Shown: positions 37,964 through 51,084 of the stretch, piece by piece
Position numbering within the stretch: position 1 is the stretch's first letter
Layout of the letters: every line of letters starts with the position of its first letter
Assembly (NCBI RefSeq): GCF_021869535.1
Contig: NW_026262668.1
Span: forward strand, 30,938,001-31,002,000
Length of the DNA: 64,000 nt
Origin: Mytilus californianus
Taxonomy: Eukaryota
Direction of reading: 5' to 3'
Notes under the pieces: generated by a model
The model's input: only the letters and a program-made list of their open reading frames with translations
Told to the model about the DNA's origin: nothing
Databases searched by the model: none
Position numbers and translations under genes: made by a program

Positions 37964-40900
37964 TCAAAATGTAGGAAAGGCTCCCCACATTTCTGTCCGT
38001 TCTTTTATTGCCACTGTAGAGTTGTCAATATAATTTACTGCATCAGCATTCCACATACCGAATCCTCGTACTCCTAAATTTTGTATGGTTTGAAATTTTA
38101 TCTGAGACTGGCAGGATTATCAAACTGGACTTGGTATGTTAAATTCTGTAATAAAAGGACAGGATATTTTTGTTTGCTTTTGGTTAACAGATTTATATTT
38201 AAAAACTATTGCATTAAAAGTTATAAAGTATTTATGTTATATAACTGTGGTTAATATGCATACTAAATAAGAAGAACACCATGCACAAAGCAGTTTAGAG
38301 ATTTTGCATACCCCTGTGATTTTCTTAACATTTGTTCGGTTTTGTTCCTTAGGTCTTATGGTCATTCATATTTTTTTTACCGCAGAAATAATGTTTTTAT
38401 GCATTAAATTTAAAATGCAACAGGGCTATGAGATGCAATATCAGAAGACATTTCAAATGGAAATAGTATGACATATTTGGTCAGTTTGTGTACTGTTCAC
38501 TTATCAACAACAAGTATTTTTTTTTTCACAAGATCTTCGATGAAATTTAAATGGCAATAAATCAATAAAGCCTTTGCAATGTTTATATAAAACAAATGAA
38601 GTAAATATACATTATATTGTGAATAAAAATAGTGTCATAACTTTGAATTTCACAGATAAAATAAATGCATAAAGAATAATATACCATTATTCCCCTGATT
38701 TCCTGACAATAAAATTTTGAAGTTATGTCTCCGGTCTTCTGACATAAATTATTAAATTTACTACACATTGTAATAATCATGTTCACCTCAGCATACAAAA
38801 CGAAAATAACAATAACAGACTTTAAACTTTTCTAAAGGTTTAAATTATCTTACATATACTTTAAAGTTGAAATAAGGCGTTTCTGTAACATTATTCCATT
38901 TTATTCCGTCAGGTGAATGAGGGAGATAAATCTTCATACTGGAGTAATTTATTTGTGATCCTGCAGCATCACTACAGTTAACTCCCCTGAATGGCACATG
39001 TTTTATGAAGCAGAAATCGTCCTAAGTGTAAATAACAAATATTATTATACCTTACATATATTATAATCAATTCTATTGGGTAACACGTTATCACGTGAGA
39101 TGGAATAAATCGGGTAATTTTTATTTATTTACACCAGCGGTGAATAACCCTATTATTCACCGATGGATAACCTTTTGAGTTTCTTGATTTGTACACGAGT
39201 TATCTCCCACGAGAATGACGTCACAGACGTAAGTAAACAAAATGACAACGTTCAAGTTACAGGAAGCCCATCAAGTGACGAGGAAACAAGGCTTTGAAAA
39301 TGCATCTAGGACCGAGGATATCTCTTATAAACCGGCGGTCCTTTTCAGGACCATCAATATTTTGCAAAAATATTCTACCTTTGTTGTAAATACGATAAAT
39401 CATCTAAAACACTAATTTATTATCGAACGTTTACTTGTGTTTGTTACGATACAGTAGGTTAAGTGCTTTTTCAGTGTTTCAAAAGGCCCTTCCACTGTTA
39501 GTTCGGTATAATAAAACAATTGTGGCCCCTTAGAAGCGATGAATATCCAAAATTGTCAACCCTAAAATATTATTTCACTTCGGGCTGCGCCCTCAGTGAA
39601 ATAACCTTTTCGTAATGACAATTTTTGATATTCACCTTCTCTACGTGCCATAATTGTATATTGTTCACTTAATTTAGTAAAAATCAATGTCATACAATTC
39701 AACATTTAGCCCAAACTTTTCCATCGGGATCACGATATTTTACTTAAATTTTTAAAAGTAACATTCTGCTATGGAAATACAACACTCTTTGGTTGATATT
39801 TTGTTATTTAAACGAACCCTTTATATTCATGAATCATGATCTATGTTTATTTGCTTGAGTGTCCTTTAAACACCTGCCCTTAGGGACTCCTGCATTGGAC
39901 AACTAAAATATTTTTCATATGCATCAGCCACGAGGAGGACTTATCTCATAAAAGCTTATTTCAAATTGGATGTGCTGCTGCTTCTGGTGCATGGTCAACA
40001 AACACTAAACATTATTGTCTATATGGATATATTATTATAGTATTAGTTACATGTAATGGGTGTTTTCAAATTGGCCCTGTTATATGTCCAAGGTCTGTTA
40101 TAATGGTCGAGGATGCCTGTAATGGCACGAGGCAACGCCGACTGCCAGGGACATTACAGCCTTCGCGGCCATTAACACGGTCAATTTAAAAACATCAATT
40201 TTTTAACACTTTTATTAACCAAACCATCAAGTGTAAATTATATTTAACCAAGCCAAATCAGTATTTGTTGTGGAGAAATTGTATATATAATTATATCAAA
40301 CTGATACAATATTAAAAAGAAACTTTTGCAGCGATACGATGGAATAACATGTAATTTAGAGTAAATGTAAATATAGTTTCATTGTTGTCTTATTCAAAGC
40401 AATTTATTGTATACAAAATACAAGATTTCGTTCTGGGCTTTAAAACTCAAAATTAAATAAATTGAAACACATCATGGAATGTATTATGTAATTATCAACT
40501 TGACAACTGGGTCAAATAAGATGAGTCATGATTCTTGGGAACTTTCAATTTCTTGATGTTTCTTTTCCCCAGAAATTTATTTGAATTGATAGCAACTGAA
40601 AATCTGTGTAATAGCCATGATTATTCATAATGGCCCTGTTTTTTTCATAATGGCCCTTTTTTTCATAATGGCCCTGTATTAATGCCCTGTTGGTCTGTAA
40701 TGGACCAGTTTTGCTTTTATTAATAAAGGGACATTTTCATACATAATGCACAAACTGGTTAATAATAACTCATATTACATTTCATGTTTGAGCTGTTTTT
40801 CTTTTGTTTTATCTAAATTGTAATTGTTTAATATGGAAAAACTTACTGATTAAGCCCATAATGAGTCCTCTATTGGAAATAAAATAATTTATCTTTAACC

Positions 40901-43900
40901 TATTTTATACATTGTAAATGATAAAAGTTTATGCCTTCAGCATATTGCAATGTTGTTTTATAAGCTATCAGGCTGGATAAAAATCAATAATGGAGTCCAC
41001 AAACGTATTTTCAATATGAGAGCAGTGTACATGTTGTTTTTATTTTTTGCTTTAAATGATAAAAATAAGAGTGGTCGTGACGCAGATGTGCGTCTTTTTT
41101 TTAAGTAGACCGCTAACCAAATCAAATGCGAAAGTACTCACGCTGGTTAGATTGAGACACGTATACATATATCCGTACCACGGTACACCTAATACTAGTT
41201 TGTCAGGTGATACTCCTAGCTGATGGTAAGCTTTTATACCTATAAATAGTATACCAATACATGTACAGATTTCAAAATATTATAAAAAAGCATAGAATTA
41301 TAACAAGTCAGAAATTTCTTACCTTATATGTTATTTTTTTTACGAAGTGTTATTTACAAAACTAGATAGATATTATACTGAACAGTCGCTCTGACAAGCT
41401 GCATACCTGGTGATGTTAACAAGCTCAACTCAAATGCTTACTTTTGCTCACCATGACACAACATATTCTAATTAAACCTTGCTCACCGACGAGTCTTCGG
41501 CCTTTCCTGGGTCGAATTTTAAAAATATTGCCTATCGTCATTTTACGAACAAAAAAATTCGTAAGGGTTCCGCGGAACCCAGTGTCTCGCCTACTTTTGC
41601 TGTAAATCGCAGGCTCAACAAAAATGAGGAAAAAAATCAATAAAAATATTCCTCTCTATACTATCTTTTGATTGTAAGAAGCTTCTGTCAAAGTTTGGTA
41701 TAAATCCAGGATAGTTTATGAATCTAATAAATGTTTTAAAAACTTTAACTGCAGACTGTATTTAATGTTAACTGGAAGAAAAACTAAGTCCATTTATAAG
41801 TAAAATATGGATAAACAGGTAAAAAATTTTAACAAAATTTCCTACTAGATACTAGCTTTTGATCATAAACAAGCTTCTGTCTAAGTTTGGTACAAATCCA
41901 GCATAGTTTAAGAAAGTTATTAAAATTTAAAAAACTTTAACCACAGAGTGAATGTATTGTTTCCTGGCATAAAAACTAAGTCCATTTATAAGTAAAATAC
42001 GGAAAAAATGAAATTTTTTTTTAACAAATTTACTTCTGGATACTATCTTATGATCATAAACAAGCTTCTGTCCAAGTTTGGTACAAATCCAGGATAGTTT
42101 AAGAAAGTTATTAAAATTTCAAAAACTTAACCACAGAGTGAATGTAATGTTTCCCAGCAGAAAAAAACTAAGTCCATTTACAAGTAAAATACGGAAAACA
42201 GGAATTTTATTTTTACAAAATTTACTTCTGGATACTATCTTATGATCATAAACAAGCTTCTGTCCAAGTTTGGTAGAAATCCAGGATAGTTTAAGAAAGT
42301 TTTTAAAATTTAAAAAACTTTAACCACAGAGTGAATGTAATGTTTCCCCGCAGAAAAAACTAAGTCCATTTACAAGTAAAATATGGAAAAACAGGAATTT
42401 TATTTTTACAAAATTTACTTCTGGATACTATCTTATGATCATAAACAAGCTTCTGTCCAAGTTTGGTAGAAATCCAGGATAGTTTAAGAAAGTTATTAAA
42501 ATTTCAAAAACTTTAACCACAGAGTGAATATTTGTGGACGCCGCCGACGACAACGACGACGACGACGCCGACGGAATGTAGGATCGCTATGTCTCGCTTT
42601 TTCGACTAAAGTCGAAGGCTCGACAAAAACCCAAACCCAACACAAACATCAAAAACTAAAAAATTTTTTTGTCTTTATCCTAGTTTTTTTCGTCTAAAAT
42701 CTCCTTTCTTAACGCAATACATTTAGTTATTTACAAGATAACGATTTGCCTGGCTTATTCCCATTTAGCTTTTTACAAGATAACGATTTGTCGGGCTTAT
42801 TTCCATTTAGTTATTCACAAGATAACGATTTACCGGGCTTATTCCCATTTAGTTATTCGCAAGATAACGATTTGTCGGGCTTATTCCCATTTAGTTATTC
42901 ACAAGATAAGGGGTTGTTAGGCTTATTCCCATGTAGTTATTCACAGTGACAAGATAACGATTTGTCGAGCTTATTCCCATTTAGTTATTCACAAGATAAC
43001 GATTTGCCATGCTTATTCCCATTTAGTTATTCACAAGGTTACGATTTGCCGCGCTTATTCACATTTAATTATTCACAAGATAACGGTTTGTTAGGCTAAT
43101 TCCCATTTAGTTATTCACAAGATAACGATTTGTCGAGCTTATTCCCATTTAGTTAATCACAAGATAACGAATTGCCAGGTCTTATTCCCATTTAGTTATT
43201 CACAAGATAACGATTTGCCGTGCTTATTCCAAGTTAGTTATTCACAAGATAAAGGTTTGTTAGGCTTATTCCCATTTAGTTATTCACAAGGTAACGATTT
43301 GTCGCGCTTATTCACATTTAGTTATCACAAGGTAACGATTTGCCGCGCTTATTCCCATTTAATTATTCACAAGATAACGGTTTGTTAGGCTAATTCCCAT
43401 TTAGTTATTCACAAGATAACGATTTGTCGAGCTTATTCCCATTTAGTTAATCACAAGATAACGATTTGCCGGGCTTATTCCCATTTAGTTATTCACAAGA
43501 TAACGATTTGCCGTGCTTATTCCAAGTTAGTTATTCACAAGATAAAGGTTTGTTAGGCTTATTCCCATTTAATTATTCACAAGATAACAATTTGATGGGC
43601 TTACCTTTCACTGCATTGTATAAAGGTGAATTAGCCCCAGCAACACAAGGACCACGTATCTGACTCTGTTCATCATATGCCATTACAAACAAGAAATCAA
43701 CAAATAAACTAATATTCCCATAGTCATAGTAACGATCATCTATACCATCTGGTGACCAGGCGACATCAACTGTTACCTGAAAATGGAATTATTTATACTG
43801 AGGAAGAGAGGCGAAAGATACCAAAGTGACATTCAAACTCATAAGTCGAAAACAAACTGACAACGCTATGGCATAAAATGAAAAAAACGGCGAAAAGACA

Positions 43901-46900
43901 AACAACAGCACACAAAGCACAACACTGAAAACTAAAGACTGAACAAGACGAACTTCACCAAAAGCCTGGTGTGATCTCAGGTACTCCGGAAGGGTAAGCA
44001 GATACTGCTCTACGTGTGGCTACCGTCGTGAAACTTCCGTTCAAATCAACACTATGCAATTTAATTTATATTTATCATTTCCCGCCAAATTTTCAATGAC
44101 TTATATGCTTTTTTTACTACCAATCTATAACAGTCTTTTCAAAAGCTTGTTATTTTGAAACAGAGCAGCGAACATCCTGAGGTTACTGTCTCATTTACAT
44201 TTATTCCACGTCTTAATCGTTCATATTCAACAACTTTAAGGAAGAGTTTTACCTGATAAACTGGACTAAGTTTTTTGAACGCTGAGTATACTTCCAAAAT
44301 CAACATGACGTAAGCATCTCGAATATCTGTTTCATTTTTTAATATGGCATCCTCGAAGTCAATGTTGATACCATCTAAATGATTGTTCTGGACCAATTGT
44401 AACTGTTTTCCTACCCATATTGACCGAGCTGTAGAATTTGTAAGATTCGCCTTTGGGTAGTTAGCTGTAAGTAAGAACAATTGGTGTCAATTAAGTGACA
44501 ACTAACATAGAGGGCTTATAAAATTATAAAAATAGGTATATGATTGTAAATTAGACAACAATCCCCTCCAATTACAAATATTACCAAAATAACTACAGAT
44601 TCTCAACACATAGACTTATTTTAAACGGTTCGTTTCCATTAAAATCAAACTACAATAAAATCTATTCTATACTATTTGTGTTACAAGATGACAGTAAGAT
44701 GTGGTATGATTGCCAATGGGACAACTATCCACCAGATACATAAGGACGAGAATGTAACTTCCTCAATTAGCAAAGACAATACCGTATAGACAGCTACAAA
44801 AGACCCTGTCATGACAAAATGTCAAATAATTCAAAGTAGAATTGGAACCCCCCTTTGTTTTGACGATCAATGCATTTGAATGGGGACATATAGTTGGACC
44901 CCCCCCCCCCCCCTTTATCCTGGGTTGGGAACCCCCCTTTTAAAAATGGCTGGATCCGCCCCTGTAATCTGTTTGTGAGCGCCCAACCATCCCCTGAAGG
45001 TTTGACTCATTAGATAGAAAAAACACACACAGAGTACTTTCAGTTACTGAAAGCCAGTTTAAAGCCAAATTCAACAAATAAAGAAACCGTGTTTTTCCAA
45101 GACTTAAAAAAAATGTCAATCAGTTCACAGCAAATGACTTTAGATTAAAAACGTCCTAGACCAGTTTGACCTTGCTCAATGATTTTTTAAACAGAAAACT
45201 CTGATGCCCTTCACATTTCATGCAAAACAGAATAATCATTATTTACACATATTCAATGACATAATCACGTATAGCAACCAGATCAAATTACATGTATCGC
45301 AGATTTGTTCATTTAGTGTTTTGAATTGGAGGTTCAGTTCATACTTCAAGAAGATCTAAAGTAAGACAATTTAACAGACATTTTTAACAATATCAGAATT
45401 AACTTCGACAACATAGTCTCTTTAAATAACCCATATTTACCTGAATATGCAAATGACATTTTTACATCTATACTTACTCTAACCGAATCAAGTGGTAACA
45501 TGAAATGTTTTGTATTATATATCAATTAAAATCAAAAGCTTTTAAAAATCGAGGCGATTAAGAGTATGACATACTATGGACACTTTCACTTTGTTGAAGA
45601 CCCTTTGTTGACCTCCAGGGGCGGATCCAGAAATTTAGGTTAGGGGAGGGAAGGGGGGGGGGGGGGGGGGGGGGGGGGGTTGCAAACTGAAATTTTCGCC
45701 GAGCAGAGCGATGCGAAAATGTTTTGAGGTAAAATTATCGAAATATTCTTCATTAAGCTGAGGACAACCCATGCTTTGCAAAATTTAGGAGGGGTGCACG
45801 CCCGCCACGCCCCCGCCTGAATCCGCTCCTGACCTCTAGATGATCTTTTTGTTGTATTGTGTTGTTTGAGTGCTGTCTGGCCTACCTATGGCCCATACAC
45901 ATTATTTCTATTTTCATTGATAGATTTTAATGAAGAGCAATTCACTCATATTAAAGATGAATTGATAAATCATACCTATAATCACAGCTCTGGCTCCATT
46001 TTTATGAGCGAGGCACATTAAATCAAGATTGATGTATCCGGTCATTACTACGGTGGTTATCTTTGACCAATCATATTTTGACCATATCTGGCTGTGATTT
46101 CTCAGTGAAAATACGAAGATCTGAAAACATTCAATAATGTATTTTTTTTTCATTCTATTTTCGAATGTCCGACCCAATCAAGTTGCAAGTATTTGACGTG
46201 ATATGAGAAGATAATAATAATGATGAGGGAATGGTGTTTAATGTCACGTGAGTCGTGACAAATATTACATGAATAACAGGACGAGAACATGTTTATGTAA
46301 ATATGAATATGAATTCTTCTTGGTATTCAATCGACAAGCTGAAAAATATTTATTTTTAATCGTGCTAGTGCACAAGGTAGTTCACAGGAAGACCTGTCAC
46401 CCTATCTGGATAAATGAATAGTATGACTACCAGCCGACCAGTCTTTGCTCTTACTTTTAAGTTCCGTCTACGTAGCAACGAAGCAGCACAGAAACAATGT
46501 CATTTTTTTGGTTTGACACTAGAGTAAAATTGTAATAATGGGGACTTAAAAGGGTCAATTTTATTTAATCAACATGATCAAATATTTTAAAAAAATACGA
46601 CTCATGTCACCTTTCAAGTATAATAATCGACAAAACCAAAGCATTTGAAGTACATATAAAAAAATAACAGCTATTTCCCAAAGAAAATAAGACTGAATGT
46701 TTACAAATGTAGAGAATGAATGAAAAGTGATACATCTAAACACTGTCACATTTTTCGTGTACATGTTTAAAGAGGGGCGTAAAAAAAAGGGGGGGGGGGG
46801 GGGTATCTGCACGGAAGAACGCGAAATAAAATTGCCATTTCACGATGAACGAACAATTCAAAATTTCTTGCACGTTGATCTTTTTACCGATTTCACGAAA

Positions 46901-47918
46901 CACGGTGAATAACGAACCTTTTTCACGGCTGCACGTGAAATAAAAATGGCAAAACACGAAAATAACCCTTTACCACCCTCTTTAAAGCCAGGTCCTTTAG
47001 TTCAGTATAGTTAGTTCCCGTATGTCATAATTAATTTTCATTTAAAGGTATTATATAAATTAGGCTCTTTATTTTCACTTTTGAATTATTTCGCATTTTG
47101 TTATACAGATGCCTATCGTGAGGGCCTGGGACATAATATATGATATCATCATATAATAGTCCAAGTGTGGGCTTAGTAACTGCAGATCAACATAGTTACC
47201 AAAATTAGAATTATTAAGTGAAAGAAGTCATCTTTTACCAGCAGAACGTGAAGTTATAGGCTAATGCTAGCTTACTTTCTTTTTTCAAGAAAAGCTTCTT
47301 CATATAAGATTTGTTTCACACGAATCAGGGAATAAGTCTGCGAGAAAACGAAGACAGTTAGTTCCAATAGGAATGCGAAATGTCTGTTGAAAAGTACATT
47401 TTAACATTTGTGACAGTGACACTTGGCAGACTCACACTACAAAAGGAAATAATTATCACTAATCTAAGACTAAGTACTAAAATAAACCAGAACGTTAAAA
47501 TAGTTTAAAAAAAAATAGCAATACAGACAAAGGGAAACAACTCGACTATATTTTATGCAGGAAAGTTTGGAAAAAAAGGGACAAACGTATTGTATCTTTG
47601 CCGTTTTAAAAGTCAAATATTTTGTTCTAATTATCAGAATGTGTACTTATTTATGAAGAAATTATAAAAAGCTCATGAGCATTTATGTAAAAATTGTAAA
47701 GATAAAGTTAAGTTTCCATTTAAACTGGCAAAAAATAGGCCATCACCGCCCTGCTCATAAAAACGAAAGTAAAACTGACAAACCTCTTTACGTGATGTAT
47801 TCTGTATCGGCTTACAAAGATCTGGATCATTGCATGGACAACTTGTTCCATTTATTATCGCCACCAATTGTACGAAACAGAGTATACAAAGTACACAGTA
47901 GATCAAACCCGTATTCAT
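37964..47918 (-). CDS. CTBS: Di-N-acetylchitobiase (GH18), 7 exons; last exon carries a 1-nt frameshift in this sequence
   Basis: Exons 47784-47918 (signal peptide + CPCNDPDLCKPI), 45976-46120 (WSKYDWSKITTV...LMCLAHKNGAR), 44253-44464 (DGINIDFE catalytic motif), 43605-43776 (VTVDVAWSP...FLFVMAYDEQSQI), 41142-41239 (KLVLGVPWYGY), 38860-39021 (VPFRGVNCSDAAG), 37964-38145 (QVQFDNPASL / frameshift / GVRGFGMWNAD). Splice phases are all consistent. Confidence 0.93.
39056..39660. mobile_element. Non-autonomous DNA element ending in a ~140-bp imperfect palindrome (Crypton-like, tentative)
   Basis: Arms AATTGTGGC/GCCATAATT, GAATATCCAAAATTGTCA/TGACAATTTTTGATATTC, TTATTTCACT/AGTGAAATAA (39517-39655). 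Similar hairpin-ended elements at about 17983-18440 and 40075-40710. Confidence 0.45.
41545..42632 (+). mobile_element. Helentron/HINE-like non-autonomous element carrying ~4.6 tandem copies of a ~192-bp unit
   Basis: Short subterminal GTCTCGC motifs, (GAC)n tract, 3' hairpin CGACTAAAGTCG, T/A-rich flanks; units start at about 41656, 41848, 42038, 42230 and 42423. An opposite-orientation relative lies at about 12895-13570. Confidence 0.65.
42715..43604. repeat. 42-bp minisatellite, ~21 copies, abutting the CTBS exon 4 donor
   Basis: Unit CAAGATAACGATTTGTCGGGCTTATTCCCATTTAGTTATTCA; explains ORFs 42746..42949 and 43466..43663. Confidence 0.95.
45616..45830. mobile_element. MITE (CAGGGGCGGATCCAG TIR)
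   Basis: CAGGGGCGGATCCAG ... CTGAATCCGCTCCTG, with ACCTC on both flanks; a solo end of the same family at about 44830-44964. Confidence 0.6.
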
Positions 47919-50900
47919 AGTTACACTTTGTACCGGTGTCTTTAGAAAAATTATGTCATACACGTATTATTATCCGGTAATCATAAGAGTTTACAGTGTA
48001 CAAGGTTTTTAAACATCTCCGTATTAGTAGCAGTGAACTGTTAACTGTGTTATTCTGTTTAAGTAATCATTAAACAGAATTTCATTTGTGCAGTTATACC
48101 CCCTCCAGTTTAATACGATAAATTGATTTGGTTATATTAATTGTTTGTTTAATAATATTTCTAATTTCCGGAATGAATGGATATATCTATAAATAAACTC
48201 ATCAAAAATCTTTTCCGACACAATGAATCAAGATAAAGAAGAAAACAAATATATAAATAAGGAATTAGTTATTTTATTAATCGCAGCGGGGGTTCCCATC
48301 TCTGATTATTTTGGTGAAAAAAAAATGGACCTCCTTCACAAATATATCAAAATACCTCCTGACTGACAGGATGGAAATGATGAAAATATGTATTTTTTTC
48401 TGTTCAATACTTATGGGTCACGATATACGGTGTTATTTTTTCAGATAGTGACAGTAAAGAAAAGGTATATGCGTATTTAGGTTTCGTCCTTGAGAGAAAA
48501 TATGGTTCAGTAGTAGATACATGTAGATAGGAATTCTGAAGTATATGGCCTGTAAGACTTTTGTAATACAATTGTGTCCCAAAACTTCAAAGAAGCTAAT
48601 ATTTTTTTTAGAATAAAAATTTTGAGGCATTACAATAGGGAAAGCCTTAAAAAAAGATATATATATATATATATATATATATTGTATTTTGTCACGTATG
48701 TTAGTTATTCCTGAACTAAATTTTCAAATGTTTAAAAAATGAATTCAAAATAGTGTTAATAAATAGCTCCAAATGCATCTGCATCTGAAATATACTAGTA
48801 CTCAAACTTCCTGATTCTCCACCTTTAGGGAGATTTTTAATATTATAAAAAGGAATATTCTTTCTATTAATTTACTGTAATGAAGTGTAAAACAGACATA
48901 ACAGTAAACAACATAATTATAGTTGTTACATATTTTGGTCTGAGTTTCGCCGATTTGTCCGACAAACATCACTGTAAACAACTGAAACTTAATAGAAATG
49001 GAAAACCACACAGTTTTATCATGTTCGTCACCTCAACCCGCCTCAAAATATATTGAAAAACATAAAACACGGTACAAGCTACACCAGTTGACATGAAGAA
49101 TGCTTCTTTTCGAGTAACAAGGGAAAACTCTCATAGATCTACACCAAACACACGCACGCACATGCTTCGGTAAAACAAGTGTGATAATATTTTCTATTCG
49201 AATGCCTATAGTTATGTACTATTTACTTTATTCTTTCTTTAATAGATATAAGAAGATGTGGTATGAGTGCCAATGAGACAACTCTCCATCCAAATCACAA
49301 TTTATAAAAGTAAACCATTATAGGTCAAAGTACGGTCTTCAACAAGGAGCCTTGGCTCACACCGAACAGTAAGCTATAAAGGGCCCAAAAATTACTAGTG
49401 TAAAACCATTCAAACGGGAAAACCAACGGTCTAATCTATATAAAAAACGAGAAACGAGGAACACTTATGAACCACATCAACAAACGACAACTACCGAACA
49501 TCAGAATCCTGACTTGGGACAGGTGCAAACAAATGCAGTGGGTTTAATGGTACCAAACCTACACCCTTTTTCCGAAACAATAGTGTAACATCAAAACATA
49601 GAAAGACACACTATAAAATATCAACCGAAATAGCTTAACTCAATCAAAGGACATATTAACACCAGTGAACATACACTGAACAAATAAATTTGACCTATGA
49701 TACAATGCAAATACAAAATAAATAAACTAAGGGAAGAATAATAAAAGTAACATGTTATCTTCAATATTTTCAGGCAAAGTTGACCATAGATATATTTGGC
49801 TACTATGTTTAGGCCCCTTTTGGTCATTTAGCTCTTCACGTGTTGCGGTACTTATATATCCTTGGCTTTCAAATATTCAGCGTTGAGAGTACATGAGAAA
49901 TGTAAACCAAGAAAAGCCATAGGATGCATTTAATTTATATAGTGTTATTTTTTTTTAATTATATATCATGTCCAGACTTTGTTTGATCGTGTGCAACAGG
50001 GATCCGTAGGTGATATGTTGCAATGCAAAATTTCTGTTTATCTAACATACCCTCATTTCCAGAGGAAGTCAAAATGTCTCGCCCTTCATTCCGGTCTCCC
50101 TTTTTGCTGTAATTGACAAATTTGTAATTTTTTTCTCAACCTGAATGTGCATTAAATAATGCCGCTGGACGTTAATCAAGATAACGGATGTAAGATATTC
50201 TTTAAGGTTCATGTGATTTTGTATGCAATAATTAGAGGTTTAGAGAATAGACGGTTAACTATTCCATCTTGTATTAGTTTGCTGTGTTCTCTGAAAGCGT
50301 TTCCAATCTGTAACAATTTGAATACTGGATAGATTTACACCCCCTTGTACCACACCCAAAGCGTAATACCAACGAGGCAAACACGCAACAACAAATCCAA
50401 AGAAAATATTTTAACCTTCCAACGGAAGATATTAATTTGTACAGGTTTTAATCAAGATCAATTTTCAGACGACATACGTTATAAAAATATAGGTTTTATT
50501 CGTATACCAGTTGGAAAGCAGGTCACGGATTGAACCCAAGTCTATCAGCAACAATAGATAAAGTACAAATTTAGTAAAATATTAATACAAGGGGTATACA
50601 AAATTAAAACAACACTATAAAAACCTCATGCGTCCGAATCACACCTCTTGGTCAACCCGAATCAGGAACGCCCAAGCTAAAAACCCGAAAACTGAATGCA
50701 CAAATACCGAGCCACGTCAAGGGTCATACAACAAAAAGGAACAAGCAACCTGCTTTGATCTAGATGACATTCTGAGTAGGGTTTTTACGAGCTAGTTCAC
50801 AAAGTTACAATTCGCAGGAAGACGTGTTACCCTAACCGGGCACATTATTCAGACCCAGTCTTTGTTCTTACTCCAAAATACCATTATAATAGAAGCTCGT

Positions 50901-51084
50901 AAAATAGTAATAAGTTGTATAATAAAATGATACGACTTTTATTGAAAAAATAAAGTATAAATAAAGAATAAGACATTCGTTTGTAAATATTGCAAGTTAA
51001 ATATTGAGGTAAAATGCTCTTTGGTAGGATTTCCATACTGGTTTTACAAATCGAGGCATATGAAATAGTAACCATTGAGGACTA

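Noticed and set aside
42746-43663. ORFs with (QDNDLSGLFPFSYS)n
   Set aside because: Translation of the 42-bp minisatellite, antisense to CTBS.
50035-50110. Possible small minus-strand exon (KKGDRNEGRDILTSSGNE|gtatgt)
   Set aside because: Isolated, with no partner exons in phase identified.
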